Of a stretch of DNA of 64,000 nucleotides, positions 56,474 to 64,000 are shown piece by piece (the first letter of the stretch is position 1; each line of letters begins with the position of its first letter). The position numbers were made by a program, and so were the translations under genes. The stretch lies in contig JAZRTY010000033.1 in assembly GCA_045652245.1 (NCBI GenBank), forward strand, positions 139,863-203,862, written 5' to 3'. This DNA comes from Eubacteriales bacterium (GTDB taxonomy: Bacteria; Bacillota; Clostridia; Oscillospirales; CAG-382). Below the pieces are notes generated by a model, which was given only the letters and a program-made list of their open reading frames with translations, was not told the DNA's origin and made no database searches.

Positions 56474-58117
56474 ATGAAACTTGAAAAGCTTACCTTTAAA
56501 ACAAATGATAATTCAGCTTACACAAGACCCGTATTCTGTATTGTAATGGACGGTATTGGTATTGCCCCTGATACAGCAGCAAACGCAGTTCGAAACGCGA
56601 GAACTCCCGTACTTGATATGTTAATGTCAAAATATCCGACACTAAAACTCAAGGCACACGGTACAGCAGTAGGGCTTCCCTCTGATGATGATATGGGTAA
56701 CTCCGAGGTAGGGCACAATGCCCTTGGCGCAGGACAGGTATTTGCACAAGGCTCAAAGCTTGTTACAAATTCAATTGAAAGTGGTAAAATGTTCGAGTCC
56801 AAGGCTTGGAAGGATGTAACAGGTGGAAACACTCTGCACTTTATAGGACTCTTCTCTGACGGTAATGTTCACTCACACATTGACCACCTGAAAGCTATGA
56901 TTGAAAGAGCAAAGAAAGACGGAGTAAAGAGAGTCAGACTCCATATCCTTATTGACGGTCGTGACGTTGGTGAAACCTCTGCTCTTGAATATATCGTTCC
57001 GTTTGAAGCATTCCTTACTGATATAAATGACTCAAGCTTTGATGCAAAAATCGCATCAGGTGGTGGCAGAATGAATATCACAATGGATAGATACGAAGCT
57101 AACTGGGCAATGGTAGAAAAGGGTTGGTATACTCACGTTCTCGGTGAAGGCAGACAGTTTGCAAGTGCTGTACAAGCTGTTGAAACCTACAGAGCAGAAG
57201 CTCCTGTTATTGACCAGGATCTTCCCCCGTTTATTATTGCAGAAAACGGTGAACCTATCGGTAAAATCCTTGATGGCGACAGCGTAGTATTCTTCAACTT
57301 CAGAGGTGACAGAGCAATCGAAATCTCAAAAGCATTTGAAGATAAGAATTTCGACAAATTCGACAGAAAGTTCTTCCCGAATGTTACCTATGCAGGTATG
57401 CTTGAATATGACGGTGACCTTCATATCCCGTCAAGATACCTTGTATCACCTCCTGAAATTACTGGAACTATGGGCGAATATTTAGCTTCTACCGGTGTTA
57501 CACAGTACGCACTTTCCGAAACTCAGAAGTTCGGACATGTAACATATTTCTGGAACGGAAACAAGAGTGGAAAATTCGATGAAAACACAGAGCTTTATGA
57601 AGAAGTACCGTCTGATGTTATTCCCTTTGAACAAAGACCCTGGATGAAGTGTGCAGAAATTACTGATAAGCTCATTGAAAAGATACACGAAGGTAAATTC
57701 AAATTCCTGCGTTGCAATTTCCCGAACGGTGATATGGTAGGACATACAGGTAACTATCAGGCAACTGTTATTTCAGTTGAAGCTCTTGACCTTTGCCTTG
57801 CAAGAATCCTTGAGGAAATTGACAAGGTAGGCGGCGTTGCCATCATCACAGCCGACCACGGAAATGCTGATGAAATGTACGAGCTTGACAAGAAGACAAA
57901 AGAACCAAAGGCAGATAAGAACGGTTCATTCAAGGCAAAAACAAGTCATACACTTAATCCCGTTCCCTGCATCATTTATGATAATAAATTTGCAGACCTT
58001 TATAATGTAAAATTTGACGGCGAATACGGACTTTCAAATGTTGCGGCAACTCTTGTAAACCTTATGGGTTATGAAGCTCCTGATTTCTGGGACAAGAGTA
58101 TGATTGAAATTAAGTAA
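56474..58117 (+). CDS. gpmI: 2,3-bisphosphoglycerate-independent phosphoglycerate mutase (long form)
   Basis: 547 aa. MDGIGIAP, GNSEVGHNALGAG and TADHGNADEM motifs of iPGM. Confidence 0.9.
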   Translation: MKLEKLTFKTNDNSAYTRPVFCIVMDGIGIAPDTAANAVRNARTPVLDMLMSKYPTLKLKAHGTAVGLPSDDDMGNSEVGHNALGAGQVFAQGSKLVTNSIESGKMFESKAWKDVTGGNTLHFIGLFSDGNVHSHIDHLKAMIERAKKDGVKRVRLHILIDGRDVGETSALEYIVPFEAFLTDINDSSFDAKIASGGGRMNITMDRYEANWAMVEKGWYTHVLGEGRQFASAVQAVETYRAEAPVIDQDLPPFIIAENGEPIGKILDGDSVVFFNFRGDRAIEISKAFEDKNFDKFDRKFFPNVTYAGMLEYDGDLHIPSRYLVSPPEITGTMGEYLASTGVTQYALSETQKFGHVTYFWNGNKSGKFDENTELYEEVPSDVIPFEQRPWMKCAEITDKLIEKIHEGKFKFLRCNFPNGDMVGHTGNYQATVISVEALDLCLARILEEIDKVGGVAIITADHGNADEMYELDKKTKEPKADKNGSFKAKTSHTLNPVPCIIYDNKFADLYNVKFDGEYGLSNVAATLVNLMGYEAPDFWDKSMIEIK

Positions 58118-58118
58118 T

Positions 58119-59483
58119 ATGGAAATATTTACTAATAATATTAGCAGTGCAAATGGCGGACCTCGTGCCGCCTTTTACACTTTGGGCTGCAGAGTAAATC
58201 AGTACGAAACGCAGGCAATCGAAGATTCATTTCGGAATGCAGGCTTTGAGATTTGCGATTTTGATGATACTTGTGACGTATATGTAATCAACACCTGCAC
58301 CGTTACTGCCGAAAGCGACAGAAAATCACGACAGATAATAAGACGAACAGCACTGCATAAAAAAGAGAACTCAATTGTTATTGTTTGTGGCTGTTACTCG
58401 CAGGGAAATCCACAGGAAGCTTGTAAAATCGAGGGCGTTGACCTTGTGCTTGGGAACAGTAACAAATCACAAATATGTTCGATTGCACTTGAAATGCTAA
58501 AAAACAAACAAGCCTGCGAAAAAAACTGTGTTGACGACATCAGTAAAGCCGTAAATTATGATAATACCGAAATATTTTCCTCTGACAGAACACGCGCATT
58601 TATAAAAATCGTCGACGGCTGCGAAAATCACTGTACTTATTGTATAATACCAAGTGTCAGAGGCAAAATCCGTTCAAGAAACGAAGAAGATATCCTGAGT
58701 GAGGTCGAAAGGCTTGCAAATAAGGGGTATCGGGAGTTTGTTCTGACAGGGATTGAAACTGCAGCATACGGCAAAGACAGAGAAAAACTTTCTGACTCTC
58801 CCCTTGCGCATCTTATTGAAAAGGTTGCAGAAATTGGCGGCGTTGAAAGAATAAGACTTGGCTCGATGGAACCGACAATCTTCACGCAGGAGTTTGTAAA
58901 GAGAATCGCTGAAATTGAAAAGTTAATGCCACATTTTCACCTTTCTCTGCAGAGTGGCTCGGCAAGTGTTCTTCGTAATATGAAAAGAAAATATAACCCC
59001 ACTCAGTTTGCAGATATTGTGAAGTTACTTCGAAAAAACATTCAAAACCTACAAATAACAACCGATATAATTGTAGGTTTTCCGGGTGAGAGTGAAAAAA
59101 ATTTTAACGAAACAGTTGAATTTATCAAAGAGTGCCAATTTTCCTATATTCATATTTTCCCTTATTCTGCAAGAAAAGGTACTCCTGCTGCTTGCTTTGA
59201 TATGCAGATAGAAAAGTCTGTAAAAAAAGCAAGGGTATTAAAGCTTGAAGAAGAAATGCTTAATATACGGCATAAAATTCTTACCGATAATATCGGTAAA
59301 ACCTTCAATGTACTTCTTGAAACTCAGGAAGACGGATATATCGACGGATATACAGAAAACTATTTAAAGGTAAAAATCAAAAATTCCGACACAAGCTTGT
59401 CCGGTAAAATCAGACAAGTAAAAATTGTTTCTGTTATCAATGATATTGCAGAAAAATTGTGTCTTGAGGGTGAATTAATTTAA
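58119..59483 (+). CDS. mtaB: tRNA methylthiotransferase, MtaB-type (radical SAM)
   Basis: UPF0004 domain (AFYTLGCRVNQYE), radical SAM CxxxCxxC (GCENHCTYCIIP) and a TRAM-like C-terminus. The ATG at 58119 lies 1 nt after the gpmI stop. Confidence 0.8.
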   Translation: MEIFTNNISSANGGPRAAFYTLGCRVNQYETQAIEDSFRNAGFEICDFDDTCDVYVINTCTVTAESDRKSRQIIRRTALHKKENSIVIVCGCYSQGNPQEACKIEGVDLVLGNSNKSQICSIALEMLKNKQACEKNCVDDISKAVNYDNTEIFSSDRTRAFIKIVDGCENHCTYCIIPSVRGKIRSRNEEDILSEVERLANKGYREFVLTGIETAAYGKDREKLSDSPLAHLIEKVAEIGGVERIRLGSMEPTIFTQEFVKRIAEIEKLMPHFHLSLQSGSASVLRNMKRKYNPTQFADIVKLLRKNIQNLQITTDIIVGFPGESEKNFNETVEFIKECQFSYIHIFPYSARKGTPAACFDMQIEKSVKKARVLKLEEEMLNIRHKILTDNIGKTFNVLLETQEDGYIDGYTENYLKVKIKNSDTSLSGKIRQVKIVSVINDIAEKLCLEGELI

Positions 59484-59490
59484 AAATTGA

Positions 59491-59525
59491 GGCTGTGAAA
59501 ACTAAATTTTCACAGCCCCTTTTTA
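59491..59525. terminator. bidirectional terminator between mtaB and the M23 peptidase gene
   Basis: GGCTGTGAAAA-CTAA-ATTTTCACAGCC followed by CCTTTTTAT. Confidence 0.8.
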
Positions 59526-59529
59526 TATT

Positions 59530-60360
59530 TTACTTCAGATATTCCTCCGGATTTATAATTTTTCCGTCTTTTTCAAGTACCAGGTGTAAATGAGCAACAT
59601 CCGCAGACTCAACAGCCGAGCTCTGTCCGATACCACCAATTGTCTGTCCAATCACAACATTTGCTCCTGCTTCTATGCCTTTTGGTATTTCCTGTGACAA
59701 ATTCATATAAAGTGCTGTAACCTCGCCATGATTTATAGCAACAGTATAACCGTGAAAGTCATCAAAATAAACCTTTTCAACAACACCGTCACTTATTGCT
59801 TTTACAGGGCTTCCGATATCTCCTGTTATATCAATCGCCTTATGAGTTCTGTAGTCCCCCATCGTTACAGAATAAAGAAGCTTGTCATCGGCGTATTCAC
59901 GGGAAATATATCCTTGCGCAGGCTTTGCAAAAATCCCGTAACTTTCGTATTCATAAGCGACATTTGCATCCACACCCGTTTCAACACCACTTGCTTCGCT
60001 TGTATTTCCAATTTCAGTTACATTATCTGCAACATCCGCAGAAATGTCAAAAGGTTGATTTTCAGTCTTTTCTGCACCACCATCTTTGCTTTGATTTGGT
60101 ACGTTACCCTTATCGGTGTTATCCTTTTTAATTATATTTGTATCAAAAGGTGATTTATCTGAAATTGAAATATCCGGTCCTGCGTCAAGGTTAAAATTTG
60201 TGTCGGGAATATCAATGTCGGGAATATTATAGTCCTCATTATCGCTGATAATTCTGTTAACACCATTCAGTGTTACGGTAACCACAGCAGCAGCAAGGGC
60301 TATGTAAATGCCCCCGCTTACAAGCTGTTTTTGGAATTTACTTTTATTAAACTTTTTCAT
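59530..60360 (-). CDS. M23 family metallopeptidase with N-terminal membrane anchor
   Basis: HKAIDITGDIGSPV...HGYTVAINHG...VAHLHLVL (HxxxD and HxH motifs). Confidence 0.88.
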   Translation of the reverse strand: MKKFNKSKFQKQLVSGGIYIALAAAVVTVTLNGVNRIISDNEDYNIPDIDIPDTNFNLDAGPDISISDKSPFDTNIIKKDNTDKGNVPNQSKDGGAEKTENQPFDISADVADNVTEIGNTSEASGVETGVDANVAYEYESYGIFAKPAQGYISREYADDKLLYSVTMGDYRTHKAIDITGDIGSPVKAISDGVVEKVYFDDFHGYTVAINHGEVTALYMNLSQEIPKGIEAGANVVIGQTIGGIGQSSAVESADVAHLHLVLEKDGKIINPEEYLK

Positions 60361-60427
60361 TTTTTACACCTCCGAAGTTATTTTCGCCCAAAACTACTCA
60401 TTTATACACCGGATGAGAAAGATTTGT

Positions 60428-61585
60428 TTATTTGTTATCCTTGATAAATTTATTTAAAGTTATTATAAATCGCTCAGCTTCCTGCATGGTATTTGCATAT
60501 CCAAGACTAACCCTCACTGCTCCATACGCACCTGTAAACAGAGCTTTATGTGCCGTCGGGGCACAATGCAAGCCACTTCTGGTACATATACTGCACCCAT
60601 CAAGAAAGGATGAGATTCGTGCAGCATCAAACTCAGGAATATTGAATAAAACAATCGGTGTCTTTTCTGCATAATCTCCGTATACGACAGCACCTGAGTT
60701 TTGAAGCTCTGCTTCAATGAATTTTCTTATTTCAGTGCAACTTTCGTGTATATATGAAACACCAAGCTTTTCAATAAATTTTACACCTTCACAAAGTCCG
60801 CTAATACCAACAGTATTAAGCGTTCCCACCTCAAGCCTTTCTGGAATCTCTCCTACCATATAAGGAACTTCAGAATTAATGCCATTTCCACCGAAAATTA
60901 AACTTTTCGGCTCACAACCATCCGAGAAAATTACAAAACCTGTTCCGGTCGGTCCATATAACCCTTTATGTCCTGCCGAACAAAAAGCATCAAAATACAA
61001 ATCCTTAAGACTTATGGGTATTTCCCCACACGCCTGCGAAGCGTCAATTATTAGCTTTATATTTCTCTGCTTACATATATTCGAGATTTTTTCTATAGGA
61101 AGAATCCTTCCGCAAATATTAGAAGCATACGTTATAACTGCAAGCTTTGTTTTATCTGTAATTTTTGAAACAAAGTCGGAAATCACAAGCTCATCTCTCA
61201 TCCAGGCTGCACTGAAGGTTGTGTAGCTTATATTATTATCCTTATTTTCAGAAAGAGCAACAACAGGGCGAAGTACCGAATTATGCTCTAAATCAGAAAT
61301 AATAATATTACTGTTTTTTTCATAAAGCCCAAAAATTGCAATATTCAACGCATAAGATGCATTTGGAGTAAATACAACTCTCTCAGGATAATTGTAATTA
61401 AGAAAATCACATATAGCTTCACGACAACCAAAAATCATGCGAGAAGCATCAACAGAAAGAGAGTGACCACTTCGTCCGGGGTTTCCGCCAAACTTATCGA
61501 ATGCGTTGTTTACTGCACGAATAACACTGCGGGGCTTAGGATAACCGGTTGCAGCATTGTCAAAATAAATAAGATTTCGTTTCAT
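60428..61585 (-). CDS. aminotransferase class V / cysteine desulfurase-like PLP enzyme
   Basis: FDNAATGYPKP, SAGHKGLYGPTGTG (PLP Lys) and a C-terminal TRSGLHCAP active-site Cys motif. Confidence 0.85.
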   Translation of the reverse strand: MKRNLIYFDNAATGYPKPRSVIRAVNNAFDKFGGNPGRSGHSLSVDASRMIFGCREAICDFLNYNYPERVVFTPNASYALNIAIFGLYEKNSNIIISDLEHNSVLRPVVALSENKDNNISYTTFSAAWMRDELVISDFVSKITDKTKLAVITYASNICGRILPIEKISNICKQRNIKLIIDASQACGEIPISLKDLYFDAFCSAGHKGLYGPTGTGFVIFSDGCEPKSLIFGGNGINSEVPYMVGEIPERLEVGTLNTVGISGLCEGVKFIEKLGVSYIHESCTEIRKFIEAELQNSGAVVYGDYAEKTPIVLFNIPEFDAARISSFLDGCSICTRSGLHCAPTAHKALFTGAYGAVRVSLGYANTMQEAERFIITLNKFIKDNK

Positions 61586-61631
61586 AAATTCACCTCAAAA
61601 CTATGCCTTCACCGGCAAATCCACAATAGTA

Positions 61632-61850
61632 TCAAGATATAATATCAATAATTTTAATTCCTTCTCTGTTTGCTATATTCTGAGCCGTCAACACATCAGA
61701 ATTCTTTATCTTCAAACCATATCCACAACCATTGAGCTTGTAATCCTTTTTTAATTTTTCAAGCCTTCCTTTAACACCCTCCTTCTCAAATAAACCCTGT
61801 GCCTTGAGAGCATAGGTAACCGAGCTGAAAATTATAATATTATAAGTCAT
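61632..61850 (-). CDS. DUF3343 family small protein (putative S/Se carrier-like)
   Basis: MTYNIIIFSSVTYALKAQGLFEKEGVKGRLEKLKKDYKLNGCGYGLKI, the typical DUF3343 pattern with the conserved GCG. Start moved to the internal ATG. Confidence 0.7.
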   Translation of the reverse strand: MTYNIIIFSSVTYALKAQGLFEKEGVKGRLEKLKKDYKLNGCGYGLKIKNSDVLTAQNIANREGIKIIDIIS

Positions 61851-61912
61851 AAAATCACTTCCGAAAATAAAGTCAACCACTAATATATAGTATTCAGCAG
61901 GCAAATTTTGGA

Positions 61913-61952
61913 CAAAAAAATCAGCCTCGGAAAAATCTTCCGAAGCTGATTT
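61913..61952 (-). terminator. intrinsic terminator after argH
   Basis: The minus strand reads AATCAGCTTCGGAAG-ATTTTT-CCGAGGCTGATT followed by TTTTTTG. Confidence 0.8.
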
Positions 61953-61973
61953 GCTAAGTTATAAATAATGATT

Positions 61974-63353
61974 TTACATAACAATCTTTTCAAGATACTC
62001 AATCTGAGCTTTTATTGAATCTTTACCCGTACCACCTGCAGAAATTCTCTTTTCAACACAAGTTTCAAGAGATATTTCAGTAAATAAATCCTCTTCAAAT
62101 TCCTCACAATGCTTCTTATACTCGGAAAGCGGCATTTCATCAAGAACAATTCCCTTTGAAATGCATTCCCCGACGATAGTTCCGACAATCTTGTATGCAC
62201 TTCTGAAAGGAACATTTTTCTTTGTAAGATAGTCGGCAAGGTCGGTAGCATTTATAAATCCCTTCTGGGCTGCCTTATACATATTATCCTTTAATACCTT
62301 CATCGTGTCAAGCATCGGTATATATACTTCAAGGCATTTTTTTACAGTTTCAATGCTGTCAAAAATCTGTTCCTTATCCTCCTGCATATCCTTGTTATAA
62401 GCAAGAGGAAGCCCCTTGAGCATAGTAAGTGTTGCTACAAGATTTCCGTAAACTCTGCCTGTTTTACCACGCACAAGCTCTGCCATATCCGAGTTTTTCT
62501 TCTGTGGCATAATACTTGAACCGGTAGTAAAAGCATCAGAAAGCTCAACAAACTTAAATTCCCAGCTTGACCAAAGGATAATCTCCTCGGATAGACGCGA
62601 CAGGTGCATCATAAGAGTAGCAAACGCAGATTGAAGCTCGATACAGAAATCCCTGTCAGAAACACCGTCAATTGAATTTTGCGTAATTCCGTCAAACGAA
62701 AGCTTTTCGGCTACAAAATATCTGTCGGTATCATAGGTAGTACCTGCAAGAGCGCAGGAACCGAGAGGAGAATAATTCATACGCGCAAGTGCATCAGAAA
62801 GTCTTGAAATATCACGTTCAAGCATCATACCGTATGCAAGCACCTGATGTGCAAAAACTATTGGCTGAGCCCTTTGAAGATGCGTGTAGCCCGGCATTAT
62901 TGCATCGGAATTTTCATTTGCAATTTTTATAATTACCTTTATTAAATCCTTGATAAGGTCAATAATACTATTTGTTTCGTCACGCAAATACATACGAATA
63001 TCAAGCGCAACCTGGTCGTTTCTGCTGCGTGCCGTATGAAGTCTTTTTCCGATATCCCCGATTCTCGCTGTCAGTTCACTTTCAATGAACATATGAATAT
63101 CCTCGGAAGTCATATCAAATTCAGTTTTGCCACTATCAAGGTCGGAAAGTATTTCAGAAAGTGTCTTGATGATAATTTCGCTGTCCTGCACCGAGATAAT
63201 TCCCTGCTTTCCAAGCATCTGTGCGTGAGCCATTGAGCCTTTAATGTCCTGTCTGTACATCTTGTAATCGAAATGAATCGATGAATTAAAATCGTCAGCA
63301 ACCTGAGAAAGGGCACTTTCAAAACGACCTGCCCACATTTTTTCCTTTGCCAT
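61974..63353 (-). CDS. argH: argininosuccinate lyase
   Basis: MAKEKMWAGRF...TARSRNDQVA...GSSIMPQKKNSD (fumarate lyase signature). Confidence 0.95.
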   Translation of the reverse strand: MAKEKMWAGRFESALSQVADDFNSSIHFDYKMYRQDIKGSMAHAQMLGKQGIISVQDSEIIIKTLSEILSDLDSGKTEFDMTSEDIHMFIESELTARIGDIGKRLHTARSRNDQVALDIRMYLRDETNSIIDLIKDLIKVIIKIANENSDAIMPGYTHLQRAQPIVFAHQVLAYGMMLERDISRLSDALARMNYSPLGSCALAGTTYDTDRYFVAEKLSFDGITQNSIDGVSDRDFCIELQSAFATLMMHLSRLSEEIILWSSWEFKFVELSDAFTTGSSIMPQKKNSDMAELVRGKTGRVYGNLVATLTMLKGLPLAYNKDMQEDKEQIFDSIETVKKCLEVYIPMLDTMKVLKDNMYKAAQKGFINATDLADYLTKKNVPFRSAYKIVGTIVGECISKGIVLDEMPLSEYKKHCEEFEEDLFTEISLETCVEKRISAGGTGKDSIKAQIEYLEKIVM

Positions 63354-63427
63354 AAAAAATATCCTTTCAAATATAAATAAAATCGGACTTTGCATTCTTT
63401 GGCGAAAGCCCGATTTTATAATTTTAT

Positions 63428-64000
63428 TTATTTCTTAGCGTTCTTCGCATTAACCTGTGCCTGAACCTTAATCGGAAGACCAAACAGATTTATAAAGCCC
63501 GCAGAATCCTTCTGGTCGTAGCAATCATCCTCACCAAAGGTTGCAATTTCTTCAGAGTAAAGTGAATAATCACTCCATACACCTGCTTTAATTATATTAC
63601 CTTTGTAGAGTTTGAGCTTAACCTTACCTGTAACTGTTTCCTGAGTTTTACCAACGAAAGCAGAAAGCGCTTCACGAAGTGGTGTACACCACTGACCGTT
63701 ATAAACGAGTTCAGCAAATGTAATAGACAGTTTTTCCTTTTCGTGTGCTGTCATCTTATCGAGACAGATTGTTTCAAGATAGTTGTGAGCAAAATAGAGA
63801 ATTGCTCCACCGGGAGTTTCATATACACCACGGCACTTCATACCAACAAGACGGTTTTCAACAATATCAAGAAGACCGATACCGTTTTCGCCACCAACCT
63901 TGTTAAGAGCAAGAATAATATCCTTGGCACTCATCTTCTTGTCATTGAAAGCTACCGGAACACCCTTTTCAAAATCAAGTGTTATATATGTAGGAGCATC
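63428..64000 (-). CDS. argG: argininosuccinate synthase, C-terminal part; the 5' end lies beyond the window
   Basis: The frame stays open to the window edge upstream of the track ORF ([65 protein letters not shown]). Confidence 0.9.
   Translation of the reverse strand, partial: DAPTYITLDFEKGVPVAFNDKKMSAKDIILALNKVGGENGIGLLDIVENRLVGMKCRGVYETPGGAILYFAHNYLETICLDKMTAHEKEKLSITFAELVYNGQWCTPLREALSAFVGKTQETVTGKVKLKLYKGNIIKAGVWSDYSLYSEEIATFGEDDCYDQKDSAGFINLFGLPIKVQAQVNAKNAKK

Overview
This 64 kb window is chromosome from a low-GC, spore-forming Firmicute, Clostridia-like to judge by the spoIIAA-spoIIAB-sigF operon, a GerA-type germinant receptor and the dxs-tlyA-argR-recN and rplU-prp-rpmA-obg syntenies. 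I can support about 66 CDS, one tRNA (Pro-UGG), a THF riboswitch, a Phe T-box leader, an L20-type infC leader, several near-consensus sigmaA promoters and about ten intrinsic terminators. Most genes are core housekeeping: translation (pheST, argS, efp, infC-rpmI-rplT, L21/Prp/L27, obg, mtaB, tmcAL), DNA repair (recG, recN), central carbon metabolism (rpe, PPi-type pfk, ackA, gpmI), arginine and BCAA biosynthesis (argGH, ilvB, ridA), isoprenoid synthesis (dxs) and an amino-acid ABC transporter. I saw no CRISPR array, rRNA, transposase, integrase or obvious prophage or defence genes. The least ordinary stretch is 39.6-44.2 kb. It is a minus-strand cluster headed by a WYL-domain regulator, followed by an alpha/beta hydrolase, a xylose-isomerase-like TIM barrel, an EamA/DMT transporter and a cupin. 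Its intergenic spacers carry two short repeat families that I did not see elsewhere in the window; one of them has a perfect extended -10 core, TGTATAAT. Other items worth a second look: a tiny hyper-acidic protein with an Asp/Cys-repeat tail next to efp; an orphan ATP-grasp ligase translationally coupled to rpe; a four-helix-bundle (IVS-type) gene with a 21/22 inverted repeat beside tRNA-Pro inside an ABC transporter locus; an atypical germinant-receptor operon abutting spoIIA; and an unclassified terminator-containing leader upstream of ridA-ilvB. All functional calls come from reading the supplied translations and my own motif recognition. No database search was run.
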